Below, one piece after another: positions 36,182 to 47,763 of a stretch of DNA of 64,000 bases. Source of the stretch: Monocercomonoides exilis PA203 (Eukaryota > Protista > Preaxostyla); the NCBI GenBank assembly GCA_001643675.2, contig LSRY02000005.1, forward strand, positions 620,001-684,000, given 5' to 3'. Positions within the stretch are counted from its first letter, which is position 1. Every line of letters starts with the position of its first letter. The position numbers and the translations under genes are program-made. The notes beneath the pieces are model-generated. The model was not told where the DNA came from and did no database searches. It saw nothing but the letters and a program-made list of their open reading frames with translations.

Positions 36182-37737
36182 TTAACGAAATATAGGTTTC
36201 TTTTTTTGATCTTGAAAGTTAACACTTTCATGAGGAACAGAAATGTCAGAGCTTGTGTGAATTATATCAGATGACTCCTTTTCACAAATTTTTGAGATTT
36301 CGTGTTGATTCTCGGAATGAATTGTCAAACTTTTCTTCTTTTTCTCTAATTGAACAGAATAGCTTTCGTAAAAAGTGTCTTCAGTGATCAGTTTCATTCT
36401 GATATTATTTGTGAACCCTGAGCAATCTAATTCATTCATGTTTATGGTTTCTTCTGAGTTTTTTGGAAGACCCTGATAAACAACTGAAGGATCGAATGGA
36501 TTAATTCCACATGCTTCGAATGACTTTCTAACTATTCTTGGAGACAAAGAGTCGCATACAGCTTCTGAAACAGCTGGAATCAATGCTTTTCTGTACGAAG
36601 CAAAAGAGGAATCAGAAGGGATAAGGAATGCTCGTTTCAAGCCGTTTTTAAAATGTGCGAAAACAAACCTGTCAAAAGGTTGCGTCAATTGAGTTGTGTG
36701 GGATGGAAGTATCAGAAGATGGACGTGATGTTTCCTGCACCAAAATATGACAGGATGGCAAAGTCGAGAAGAATGACCATCGAGAATAATTAATGCGTAA
36801 GAAGATGGCCCGTGTAGTTCTCCTCGTTTCTCATTTATTTTTAGAAAAAAAATCTTCCTTCATAATTATTTCAAAATCATTCTTGCTCATCCAGCCAGTT
36901 CTGTTTGCAATGCAGTTTATTCGATGGGACTTATATTCCTTTCAATCTTCAGACAGCTTCTGAGACGGCCACAACATCACAGGATCCAGTGATGTTCCAT
37001 CGGCAAAAATTGAAAAAAACAATGTCGCATTTTTCCTTCGCTGGACTTCTGGCAAGAGAGCATGCTGAGTTTCTTTTTTGACAACGATTTCATCTTCGAA
37101 CTGTTTCATTGTAACTCCGGTCTCATCCATATTGATTATCAAATCTGAAGAAATATGAAAATCATCAATTACATTTTTTGATTCACAAAACCAATTTCTC
37201 ACATTTTCGATGTTCGAAGCTTTAAGTTGATGCATGTCTATGTGAGTTTGTTTTATTAGTTTTAACAATCCGCTTTTATTTATAAACCTGCGAGCCCATT
37301 TAGTATTAAATTTGTGACACTCCAAAGATGGAACGCTTTTATTTTTTTTTTTTCATCACAACCTTTTCTGCCTAACAAAAAATACATAGTTTAAAAATCA
37401 TTATCTAAATAAATCACACGAATTTTATTATATCCGAAACTGTTAATTTGTTGGAAAAAGATATTTGAACTCTTGCACAATCTTCAATTTCCTCAATTTC
37501 TTCTTTATTAAATGACCCTGGTCTGCCTGAGCAGTGAGGATCTTTCCCTGCTTTTATTGATGCCACATGCCTGTAGAAAGATGAATGAGATATAATTTTG
37601 GCTTTTACCAAATCTGAAGGTTTGATTTTATCTTGTTTTGAAAGATAATCGACTTTTTCTGCTTTTGAAGTGAGCCTGCGAAACTCTGTTGTTGCCTTGA
37701 TAGGAGATAATTTATTGGAAAAGAAAGAGGATGACAT
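36182..37737 (-). pseudogene. pogo/Tigger-family transposase, fragmented by frameshifts and stops; probable intron near 37377-37415
   Basis: HTH-like N-terminus (SSFYRH...SGRP; KWARRF). Catalytic INMDETG, then GWMSK, LDGHSS and LPSHTTQLTQPFD, with 35 residues between the second and third Asp. Also SFEACGINPF. Confidence 0.88.
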
Positions 37738-37944
37738 GTGTGTATCTTTAATTTGATTTATGGAAACTCGATCATGCTATTTTTACAAAGTTCTTTTTTA
37801 AGAAGCAAATATTTTCGAAAGTGAACTAATGATTAAATCAAGAAAATATATTGTGTGTCAATTTTTAATTTGCGATTGTTTCAAAATAGACAAAAAATAT
37901 TATATTGGACTGAAGTGTCCCGGGTTTTGTCCCTGTCCATATAT

Positions 37945-38149
37945 GGCTGATCCTTTTTGAAATCAAACTTTCGTTCGAGTTTTGATCAAAAAATTAAATC
38001 TCAATGGGATTTTGAAATTATTTGTTTTCTTTGAAATTTCGTCATATGATGTATGTATTAACCTTTAAAGTTCATTTTTTCTAAATCCCATTGAGATAAT
38101 AATTTTAATCAAAACTCGAACGAAAGTTTGATTTCAAAAAGAATCATTC
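37945..38149. mobile_element. MITE family A, copy 2, abutting the pogo element
   Basis: GGCTGATCCTTTTTGAAATCAAACTTTCGTTCGAGTTTTGAT...ATCTCAATGGGATTT is mirrored at the right end. ATAT on both sides. Only ATATAT separates it from the transposon TIR. Confidence 0.85.
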
Positions 38150-38841
38150 ATATATTATGACTCTTTTCGTTTCACCACAATCAATTTTTTTGAAATAGGA
38201 ATTATACTAAATCCTGATTTTGATTAACTTCCGCGCATTTTTGACATCGAAGACATAATTTAATTTGATTTATAAACATTTCCATTAGCATTTTAATCAA
38301 TGTTTCGATGTCCTATATAACGCGAATTTGCTTTTTTTTCATTAATATCTGTATTATACAGCAAATTTATTCTTAAACAAACAACAATCAAGAGTCAATT
38401 CTTTCATTCACGATATTTTTTATTTTTTTTCAGATTGATTTTTATCGCTAAATAAGCTTTTTTAAGAACTTTATTCCAAACTCCTTTACCTTTGAATGAC
38501 TTCCCCCCATTGGAAAAAGAAAGAAACTTAAAGAAAAAAATGAACGAGCTTCCATTATAAATTTTTATTGAATAATAACTTGATTGAAAAAGTAAGAAAT
38601 GTTGAATCAACTCAAAACGTCAAAAAAATACTCTAATAACAGATAACTCAAAATAAAAGCTCTCAAACAAAGAAAAATTGTTTCGCTATTGCAAACATCC
38701 CCTTTCCCAAAAAGTCGACAAAGAACTTTGTGTTCATTCAAAGAATTTAAATTGAACATTTTTGTTCTTTTTCAAGCTTCAAGCAAACAGGTTCAATGGT
38801 TCTCATAACATAACTTTAACAATAATACATACATGCATACT

Positions 38842-41800
38842 AACATTCAACTGAAAACAGAAACCAAAAACAACAATTGCAAACACACACAAACACAAAC
38901 CACAAAACACGCAAAAAGTGGCTCTCCAAAAAGGAGTGCATCCAAAATCAAGAAGAGAAAAGATCGCTTTCAAATCCATTTCATTCCTTTTCAATTTATT
39001 TTATTAGCTTTCACCCAACTTTATTCTCTTTCACATTCTCATTTCCTCTTTCGCTTCTGCTTCCGCTTCCGCTTCCAGACTCGTCCCTGCCATCTCCACT
39101 CCCACACCACCCAGACCCATAGTAGTCGATTGCATCCGACATCGTCACAAACACCGTCCCCGACGGAAAGTGCTTGAACAGCTCCCGCTTCACATCCACC
39201 AGCGTCGCCCGCTCCCCCGCCTTCTGCCGCACCATGCTCTCCACAACTTCCCCCGCTGCCCACTCCTCCCGCCACACCCCCGGCCGCTCTCCGTGCTTCA
39301 CCTTCTCTCCCGCCGTTTCTGCATCATACTCCCCAAACGGGATCGCCAGCGCCACACACTCCCACAGCATCATCCCCATCGAAAACACAACAGACTTCTT
39401 TGTCGCATGCTTCTTCCTCCCCTCCAGCAGCTCCGGCGCCCTCCACCGCAAATACTCCTTTTCCCCTTCTTCATCCTCAAACGCAGACGACGGCGGCGGC
39501 GAGTCTGTGAACCTCTCGCTCATCACCGACACATTCGACGATGACGAGACAACGCTCAGCGACGACACAGACGATGTGTCCGAATCCTCTGACGATGAAC
39601 TCCCCGAGTGCATCACAACACAGATCACCATGTGCTCCGAGAACAGCACAATGTGCGGACTCAGCCTGTCCAGCGACTCCAGCGGAACTTCCATCTCCCC
39701 AAACGAGTGCAGCGCCACATTCCCCACCCAGAACAGGATCTGCGCCCCTGTCGCCATCCTCTCCTCCACCGTCCCGATCGCCATCTCCTTCGTCTTGTTC
39801 CGCCCATGCAGCAGCATGAACAGCGAATCCCTCAGATCCACAATCAGCTTTTCATGTGGTGATGAGCAGGCCATTGCATCCACCAGATTCGACATCGACG
39901 AGGTGGTTGGGCACATGCTCTCTGGTCGGATAAATGTGGAATCAGAATCTGTTGTCGAAGTGGATGAGATGGATGGTGATGGTGTTCTCTTTCTTATCTC
40001 TTCTTCCTCCTCCTTTTCATCAACCTTCTCAAGCATCCACTGAGGAATCTTGTCTGAATCTCTCCCCAAAATATATTCAGTGGAACCACATTCACTCAGC
40101 AAATGCTCTGATGACTCTGAATGTTCCATATTCGTATCATATACCCTCTTCTTTATCCTCTCCTCATTCTTTTTCTCTGCCTCTCTTTCTGCTCTCCTCC
40201 ACTGCTCCTCAGGTGACATCTCCATAGTCACCATCTCAATCAGTTTCGGATCCTTCCTCACTGTGTCTTCCACAATCACTTCCAATTCTTTCGTTCTTCT
40301 CTTTTGCTTTTTCCATCGAACAATAAAGGCAACTGCAATGATAAGAACAATCAAAAACAAAATAACAAATACAACTGCGATTATCAACGCCCATGATGAT
40401 TTTTCTTCTTTTCCGCTTTCAAAAATTTTTTCATCTCCTTTTGGTGGAGTAATGCTCGCATTCTTCAAAACGAATGAATCTGTTAAAGATAAAGAATCAT
40501 CATCCCCAAACAGAATGAACACACTCACTTCGATTTCATCTCCACAACTGCTGATGAAATCTTTTCCCACACTTCCTTCAACTTCCCTTTCTGACAAGAA
40601 TCCATTTGAATCAAAATCATGTTTTTCAATCTCTTTCTCTTCTCCCTTCCTCTTCACAACTGAGAATGACAGATTGCATGGAATAAGAAGCATTCCTTTG
40701 AATGTCAGCTTCATTCTATCTGTCTCTTCTTTTGCATCCACACTCTCCAACACAGGAATGAAGAATGATGAATCCCTCTCAGAAATAATCCCTTCAAAAT
40801 TGCACCCTTCATTCAACATCCAAAGTGATGAATTTGGCAAAACTCCATCTCCTCCTTTCAAACTCATCACATTCAATATTCCTGAATCTGAACAGATGAT
40901 GTTTCTTCTCAATGATGGATATCCTTCAATTGATGGATTATTGTTTGAGAAATTCCCTGCTTCAACATTCACATTTCCTCCTCTCATTGTTATTCCACCT
41001 TCTGGTGAATTCGAGATTGTTGTGTCTTTCATCAAAACAGAACTCTTCACAACATCTACAAGAGATCCAGACCATCTGCACATCACTTCTTCCTCATTGA
41101 TATTCTGTTCATTTCTTTCATTTGAACTTCCATCAAAAATGCAACTATCCATTTTCACATCTGTGCAATTCTCCGCTTTCATCAATTTCCCTTTTGTGGT
41201 CTTTGAACCGACTCCGCCTATTGTGCAATTTGTTAATTGCATTTTCTTTTTCATTGACAAGCAAGATATCAATGATTTTTCATTTCCTTCAACTGTGATA
41301 TTTTCTGTATTAATATTGATAAGTTCCAATCGCCCACATTCAATAATTTCAATAAGTGAATGAGAAATTGTTGAATTGAAAATCGTTAATGAATCAATTA
41401 CTGATGGAAGTTGTGATGAAAGATATAATACCGATTTTTGAAGCACAAGATTTGATATTGAGCATTCATAAAGTTGTAATTCTCCTTTTTCCATGTTTAT
41501 TATGTGAAATGGGATGTTTGCAAATTCAACATTAACTCCGTCCTCAAATAGTTTTGAACTGAATGTGCAATTCATAATTTCTAGAATCCCTCCCTCTGGT
41601 GATATCAACGATTCATGAGTAGAGATGAAATTTGAATCAAATTCAAAGTTCACTCTCACCAATGAGACTATTCCACATGTTGTGATCAAAGCATCTCTTG
41701 TCCTTTCAATCCCTGATTTCACTTCAACTTCGCACAAGCCTCTGCTCTTCGAACTCAAACTCATCTCCTCCAGATTTGTCTCTTCATCAATCACACTCTC

Positions 41801-44800
41801 CTCAACAATGAACATCAGACTCATAAAATCTGATGTCAAGTGCATCAGCCCATAATCAATCGAAGCACATGGAAGAGTGTTGATTCCACATTGCCTCTCA
41901 TCCGATCCATTCACACTGCTCACAATGATTGTGTCACTTTGATGAATCGTTACAAAATCAATCAGATCTGTATCTTCTTTGTTTTCACATTCATCAATCC
42001 CATATATTGCATTGAAACGATTGAAGTTGCCTTCTCGAAGATCAAACTGAAATTGGCTTTCATTGATCTGCAATGTGATGCTGTAACATTCAATGAAAAT
42101 GTCATTCCCCACTTTTGCTGTGTTCGCACTGAACTTCATCCCCACAAATGTGAAATTCAAATCTCCTCTTTCCTTTGTTGCCAGATACACTCCTCCTCCT
42201 TTCCCATTGGTGCAGCTGCATTGGCTGATTGCTGAGTCAACCACCTTCATCGATCCTGATGCACCCAATGCGAAGAATATTGCCCCTCCTTTTTCACTTT
42301 CTTCGGCTTTGTCTTCTGTGATGTTGCTCTCATTCACAACCAAACAAATCTTTTTCTCACTTTTTGAATCCAAAATGCTTGCTCCATTGTCACTTTTCTT
42401 CACTCCTAAAATTGAGGAATTGTTAATTTGCAGATTTATTTCCTCGACTCCTTCATTTATCTTTGTTGTTGACTCAGTTCCTTTGATCAGAAGAAGACAT
42501 CCTCCACTTTCATTCAACGATTTCACACGAACATTCATCAAATGACAAGTAATTCCAGCATCGCGGATGATAAAAATGCTGTTTCCAACATTGCACGATT
42601 CCATCGACAAATCATTCACTTCCACGCATCCTCCAATCGCATCCACAAAAACACAATCAAATCCATTGTTCATTCCTGCCTCTGAATGGAATGAGCATCC
42701 AGTTATCACCAATTCTCCTTCTCTGTTTGAAATTATCGTTTTGGCTGAGTTGTCAAATCCCGATGTTAATTGGAGTTGGATATTTGTCAATTCAAGATGA
42801 ATTTCATTCACTACGAAATATTCCAATTGACTTCCAATTGCCTTTTCAAAATTCAAAGTTGCTTTCGTATTCTCTTCTCCCATAAATGATGCTTTTTTGA
42901 TCTGATAATTTGAAACATTGAATGTATCTTGAATAACAGTTGATCCTTCAATTTGAATTGTTTTCTTTCCAATCTCCTTTTTCATGTTTTCCATCCCTTT
43001 CCACATTGTTTGACATGGCTCTTCCTCACTTCCACAGCGTGCAACATCAAATCCACTCGATGAAATAAATATCTCAAATGAGCTATATGAAACGAGGAAC
43101 ATAAACAAATCTTTGTCTGAATGAATGTTATCACTTCCCACAAATAGAGTTTTATCATTTATCATTGACAAATAATAAAAGTTGAATGAGTCGTTTGTCA
43201 CAGTCTTATTCAGATCTGATGCAGAAATAAACACATTCTTTCCAAATTCTGCCTCATTCCCATCAAATATCAAATTTCCAGATAATTCGAACTTTGCATC
43301 TGCGTCAGTCAGAGAAAGAAACATTCCTCCTCCTTTTCCACTGGATCCTTCTTCACTTGGCGCAAGGCATTCCTCAAAACAGCTCGACCCATTCACAACC
43401 AGAATGTCATTTTCTCCCAGCCACGCACTCACCCCTCCTCCTTCTCCTCCATTCCCACCAACACAACAATCACTAAAGGTGCATCCATCAATCGTTATCT
43501 CCCTGCATCCGCTGTTTCCCAGCAAACTGTTCTTCTCAATCGAAATGCACCCCCCGTTTCCACTCGCCCTCTTGATGCCCCTCATCGTGCATCCATCGCA
43601 GTTCAGCATCCCTGCTCCAGACAGACTGATCAGCGAACCAGACCCAAACACAATCCGCGATGTTGTGGAAAATCTGCTCAATTGCAGGCTCCCTCCGTTT
43701 ATCTTTATGAACCCAAACCCAAATGCAACATTTCCACTCGATGAGCATTTCAGCGAGCAGTCAGCCATCGACAGCTCACCACACTGGCACAATATGAAGC
43801 AAGAATGCCTCCCAAGCTCCGCAGCTGCTGAAAAACTCAGGTTCGCAATGAGCGATCCAATCTCAACAGTCACCATCCCTTCCGCTGTGCTCGTGCCTCC
43901 ACTCGACACTTTTGTTTCTTGCCCTCTCGTGGGACTTTTCACCTCCCACCCAAACGCATCAAACACCACCGACTCTGTCCATTCAAAGTCTCCATTCAGC
44001 GTGATTATCCTTTTCCTGCTCCCAAACCGAAGTCCTGCTGCATATCCAATGCTCCCACACGGATAGTTCGCTGTCCCACACCCCGAGAAATCTCGCCTTT
44101 TCGCTCCTCCAACAATCGCTGCCCCCGAGAACACCTGCAGATATGCCAGAAGCGGAACTGGATCTGTCCTCCACTCCTCTTCAAACCCCATCAGATCATC
44201 GTCACTCATCCCTGTCTCCACAAACCCGAATGTGCTCCTTGTTATCGACACACTCAACGAGATCGCATCAACAAATATGTTGTTTCCCTTCCACGCTGTG
44301 CACACATCAAACCCAACATCACATATCGCAAAGCTCGACGAACTCCCTGCCACTTTCAGATGCACTCCTCCCCCTTTTCCTTTCCTGATGCTGTCCTGCG
44401 GCACTGCGCATCCCTCCATTTCAATTCTTTTTGTGGCGCCAAGCATCAATCTCCCACCTCCCTCCAGAACACAGCTCACAGACCCTCCATCCCCTTTGCT
44501 GCACACACATCCGCTGAATGACACCTCATCCAAATCTAATTCATCCCCACTCCCCAAAGTCACATCAAACACCGATCCGCTCCCTTCGCTTCGCGTGATG
44601 CCTCTGAAACTCGCATTCTCGAAATTGAAGCAGTGCAGTGTCGACGACTCCATCCTAACAGCTGACACATCTGAAAATATCATCGACTCAACAGTCGTGC
44701 TCGACACATTCAAGAGACCAGCCGACACTGCTGCAAATGCTGTTGTGAATGGAGAAACTTGCGATGGTTCAGCTGATATTTTGCACAAGCAGAGCACAAG

Positions 44801-46728
44801 CTCTCCAGATGCTGAAGAAACAGAGAACAACGGCAGATCAGTCGACGCAGAAGAGTTTCTGATGATGAGTAACCCGAGCATAGAGGCATACCCAGATGAC
44901 ACTTCAACAAGCGCTTTGGCATTCACAGAACTGGCACTCAACTTTGTTCCATAATTGCTTGACCCTTCAAAAACCAGATATTTAGAATCAATCACAAGCG
45001 GTTTCTCTGTATAAACTCCTGCTCCAATTTTAATGTGAATTGGAAATGTTTTGTTTGATGCAAAAGCTGTGTCAATTGAATATGATAATGTTTGACAAGG
45101 TGAATTCTCCCAGCCGCATGAAAATTTGTTCACACCAGTCATAGATGCAAATATATGTCTCGGTTTTCTGATCCATGATGTTTTATCTCCATAAATTGCA
45201 AATACCAAACGATTTGACTCAGAGGATGCATTAGTCCAACATGAAACAAAACTATCCTCATTCAATATATTATTCCATGGATTTTCTGCATAGATATCTT
45301 TTCCATCACCAAGTGCATTGCAATCAACAAATAGGCAATAAGAAAGTGAACTGTGATGCATCAAAGATATTTCTCTTGAATCAAAATAGATTGCCCCTCC
45401 AACTGTTTCATTGGCGCAGCAGTTTTCAAAAGCAACATTTGAATACGACACTTTTGCCCCTTCTCCATTCCAAATAGCTCCTCCCCCATGACAAACTGAA
45501 TTTGTTTCAGTTACAAAACAATTCTTAAATGAACAATCTGATATGATGTCATCATTTGAAAATCCATTATGAAAATGGCAACAACCTCCGCCCCAACTTG
45601 CTTCGCAAGAAGTCATATTGTTGTTTTGGACTGCCATTGGACCCGTTCCCCGACAAAGATTTAAACATGATGCGTAAATGGGAGTTGTTATTGAATTGAA
45701 AGAGTTGTTCAAAGATTGAGTTTCGCTGCTATTTCTTTCAAAGATACACGTGCATGCTGTTCCATTCATAAAGTCTGTATTTGTCACAATGCAAGAACCA
45801 GTTGAATCATGTGATATGACTTTGTCACTAACATTCTCATACAAGCAGTTGTCCACAAGTGTGTCCTCCGAACCTGTGTGATTAATTTTCTGGCCAGCAG
45901 TTTTGGAGCATCTCAAAAACGAAGAATTCAAAAAATGAAGTGATCCATCTGATATTCTTGGTGCAATGCAGCCTTCTGTTGGGTTGACAATTGAGCAAAT
46001 AATGCACGATGCTAATGTGAATGACGAGCATTGTGCAGAAGAAACGTTGCTCCTTGCATGCTCTTGAGATATGTTTTCAAAGGAGCAGAGCTCAATCTTT
46101 ATCACATCACAGCACGAAGATTGGACAAGCGGTTGCGAATCAAACAGTCTGAAGGACGAAAACGAAGAGCCCATGAGCTTGATGCTATTTCGATGTGCCT
46201 GCTGTGTGCTTGCTTCAGGAAACGAAATCAGCGAATGGACAAGGCAGTTCGGTCCAGACAGAGCCAACGACAAATTGAAAAAGCACATCGACCCGCCCCA
46301 CGAATGAACAAAATCGGCACCCGACACTTGGGGCAAAGAAAGCAGACAATTGCCCACAAAAAACGTTGATTGGTCAGACAACGATGCAACTGCATCATTT
46401 CCTTCGGAATTTAATTGAAGGGAATAAAAACTCAAAGAAGAATTGCAGATAGAAACTGGTGCTGAAACGGATGCAAGTTCATATGAGTGCTTTCTATTGT
46501 CCTTGTGAATTTCGTGTGATTGATGAAGGCATGCGTTCTCAGCAAGACACTCTCGATTTCTTTCACAATCGCAGTATTCTTCAAAAATATCATGAACAAC
46601 AATATCTTTTCTGAAGCCTCTCTGTATGGGTTTTTCAAGGAAATCGAATTCTCCAACATCACTGGATAAGTTTGCACAGAACAAAAAAATAAAAACAAAA
46701 CAACTCATCATCATATTATGTTATGGTT
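38842..46728 (-). repeat. Right arm of ~7.9 kb inverted duplication
   Basis: Reverse complement of 13060-20921. Confidence 0.97.
39011..46714 (-). CDS. 2567-aa receptor-like surface protein: signal peptide, repeated Cys-knot/beta-helix (Pmp-like GGAI) modules, single TM, degenerate TKL/tyrosine-kinase-like tail; copy B, intact
   Basis: Intronless ORF with a hydrophobic N-terminus. Four CGxxxxPCxT/S modules. TM WALIIAVVFVILFLIVLIIAVAFIVRWKK. Kinase C-lobe LRWRAPELL...KSVVFSMGMMLWEC...IPF...GERP, without recognisable HRD or DFG. Confidence 0.9.
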   Translation of the reverse strand: MMMSCFVFIFLFCANLSSDVGEFDFLEKPIQRGFRKDIVVHDIFEEYCDCERNRECLAENACLHQSHEIHKDNRKHSYELASVSAPVSICNSSLSFYSLQLNSEGNDAVASLSDQSTFFVGNCLLSLPQVSGADFVHSWGGSMCFFNLSLALSGPNCLVHSLISFPEASTQQAHRNSIKLMGSSFSSFRLFDSQPLVQSSCCDVIKIELCSFENISQEHARSNVSSAQCSSFTLASCIICSIVNPTEGCIAPRISDGSLHFLNSSFLRCSKTAGQKINHTGSEDTLVDNCLYENVSDKVISHDSTGSCIVTNTDFMNGTACTCIFERNSSETQSLNNSFNSITTPIYASCLNLCRGTGPMAVQNNNMTSCEASWGGGCCHFHNGFSNDDIISDCSFKNCFVTETNSVCHGGGAIWNGEGAKVSYSNVAFENCCANETVGGAIYFDSREISLMHHSSLSYCLFVDCNALGDGKDIYAENPWNNILNEDSFVSCWTNASSESNRLVFAIYGDKTSWIRKPRHIFASMTGVNKFSCGWENSPCQTLSYSIDTAFASNKTFPIHIKIGAGVYTEKPLVIDSKYLVFEGSSNYGTKLSASSVNAKALVEVSSGYASMLGLLIIRNSSASTDLPLFSVSSASGELVLCLCKISAEPSQVSPFTTAFAAVSAGLLNVSSTTVESMIFSDVSAVRMESSTLHCFNFENASFRGITRSEGSGSVFDVTLGSGDELDLDEVSFSGCVCSKGDGGSVSCVLEGGGRLMLGATKRIEMEGCAVPQDSIRKGKGGGVHLKVAGSSSSFAICDVGFDVCTAWKGNNIFVDAISLSVSITRSTFGFVETGMSDDDLMGFEEEWRTDPVPLLAYLQVFSGAAIVGGAKRRDFSGCGTANYPCGSIGYAAGLRFGSRKRIITLNGDFEWTESVVFDAFGWEVKSPTRGQETKVSSGGTSTAEGMVTVEIGSLIANLSFSAAAELGRHSCFILCQCGELSMADCSLKCSSSGNVAFGFGFIKINGGSLQLSRFSTTSRIVFGSGSLISLSGAGMLNCDGCTMRGIKRASGNGGCISIEKNSLLGNSGCREITIDGCTFSDCCVGGNGGEGGGVSAWLGENDILVVNGSSCFEECLAPSEEGSSGKGGGMFLSLTDADAKFELSGNLIFDGNEAEFGKNVFISASDLNKTVTNDSFNFYYLSMINDKTLFVGSDNIHSDKDLFMFLVSYSSFEIFISSSGFDVARCGSEEEPCQTMWKGMENMKKEIGKKTIQIEGSTVIQDTFNVSNYQIKKASFMGEENTKATLNFEKAIGSQLEYFVVNEIHLELTNIQLQLTSGFDNSAKTIISNREGELVITGCSFHSEAGMNNGFDCVFVDAIGGCVEVNDLSMESCNVGNSIFIIRDAGITCHLMNVRVKSLNESGGCLLLIKGTESTTKINEGVEEINLQINNSSILGVKKSDNGASILDSKSEKKICLVVNESNITEDKAEESEKGGAIFFALGASGSMKVVDSAISQCSCTNGKGGGVYLATKERGDLNFTFVGMKFSANTAKVGNDIFIECYSITLQINESQFQFDLREGNFNRFNAIYGIDECENKEDTDLIDFVTIHQSDTIIVSSVNGSDERQCGINTLPCASIDYGLMHLTSDFMSLMFIVEESVIDEETNLEEMSLSSKSRGLCEVEVKSGIERTRDALITTCGIVSLVRVNFEFDSNFISTHESLISPEGGILEIMNCTFSSKLFEDGVNVEFANIPFHIINMEKGELQLYECSISNLVLQKSVLYLSSQLPSVIDSLTIFNSTISHSLIEIIECGRLELININTENITVEGNEKSLISCLSMKKKMQLTNCTIGGVGSKTTKGKLMKAENCTDVKMDSCIFDGSSNERNEQNINEEEVMCRWSGSLVDVVKSSVLMKDTTISNSPEGGITMRGGNVNVEAGNFSNNNPSIEGYPSLRRNIICSDSGILNVMSLKGGDGVLPNSSLWMLNEGCNFEGIISERDSSFFIPVLESVDAKEETDRMKLTFKGMLLIPCNLSFSVVKRKGEEKEIEKHDFDSNGFLSEREVEGSVGKDFISSCGDEIEVSVFILFGDDDSLSLTDSFVLKNASITPPKGDEKIFESGKEEKSSWALIIAVVFVILFLIVLIIAVAFIVRWKKQKRRTKELEVIVEDTVRKDPKLIEMVTMEMSPEEQWRRAEREAEKKNEERIKKRVYDTNMEHSESSEHLLSECGSTEYILGRDSDKIPQWMLEKVDEKEEEEEIRKRTPSPSISSTSTTDSDSTFIRPESMCPTTSSMSNLVDAMACSSPHEKLIVDLRDSLFMLLHGRNKTKEMAIGTVEERMATGAQILFWVGNVALHSFGEMEVPLESLDRLSPHIVLFSEHMVICVVMHSGSSSSEDSDTSSVSSLSVVSSSSNVSVMSERFTDSPPPSSAFEDEEGEKEYLRWRAPELLEGRKKHATKKSVVFSMGMMLWECVALAIPFGEYDAETAGEKVKHGERPGVWREEWAAGEVVESMVRQKAGERATLVDVKRELFKHFPSGTVFVTMSDAIDYYGSGWCGSGDGRDESGSGSGSRSERGNENVKENKVG

Positions 46729-47763
46729 GAGATAATTAAATGTCAAGTTTTGCTTTCTTATTGATGTTGTATAATATATAAATGATGTTGTTTGTATTAT
46801 AGATTGGAAGTGTTGATACACATATAAATTTGTTTATTATTCATTAAAAATTTTTTCTTTTTCAAAAACGAGAAAAAATCAAACATTTCAAGTAAAATGA
46901 TATCAAATGAAAAGATTATGAATAAAGCATTAGATAAAAAAACGGTATAAGTGGAATTAATCGAAACCTGTTTTGATCACACCTATAATATTTATATTTG
47001 TTATTTTTCAAAAACAAGCTCTGAATTATAGATTTTTTAGTGTTTTTTCATGAATTGTTTTTTCTTTTTATTTGCTAGGGTTTAGAAAAGGTGAAAAAGT
47101 TAGGGTTTTCCGAGATAATTCAATGTTTTTTGTAAGCAAATGATAAGAAAGAAGATGATTTTTAATAATTTAATATAGATATTTTTTTAAATAAAATTAG
47201 GATGTCTTAAATATTTATCATAAAATATATTGGAAAAATGATTAAAATGTCAATTTTAGGGTGTAGGTTGAGTCCACTCTTACCAAAAACACTCGAAGAG
47301 TTTATAAAACAATCAAATTAACATTTCCACTTTGTGTTTCTGGTGCTCAGAAAACATATGCAAAACATTCATTAATATTTTGCATTTTCCTCTTTGAAAG
47401 CAGCAAATTCGTATGAATGAATATCTTCCATTTCTTATCAATTTCTATTTTTATTTTTATGTTTCTTTTTGAAAGGAAATTACTTACACCTGAAGGCGTG
47501 AGTTGGTGTATTGTTCCTAAAATTATCGTAAGTCAAGGAATACTCAAATAACAAAGAATTGATGTGAAAAACATTCAAACCAAGTTTTTGACTGACGAAA
47601 ATTTAGAAATTCAGGGTGAGGGTGGGGGGATATTTTCTTTAAAGAAAAAAAGAGAAGAGCAAACAAAACATTCTGATTGAATAAAACAAAAGAAAAAAGT
47701 GAAAAATATTAAGATATGCACTGAATACACGCATAACTAATTATTTTTCTTTTTCAATTTATT

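Larger units (their letters stand above)
35711..37938 (-). mobile_element. pogo-like (DDE_1, DD35D) DNA transposon, decayed
   Basis: 23-bp TIRs AGACAGGGACAAAACTCGGGACA (35711-35733) and TGTCCCGGGTTTTGTCCCTGTCC (37916-37938), 2 mismatches. ATAT on both sides. Encloses transposase fragments. Confidence 0.9.

Noticed and set aside
47076-47262. TTAGGG/TAGGG-like hexamers suggesting interstitial telomere
   Set aside because: Isolated single units, not tandem.
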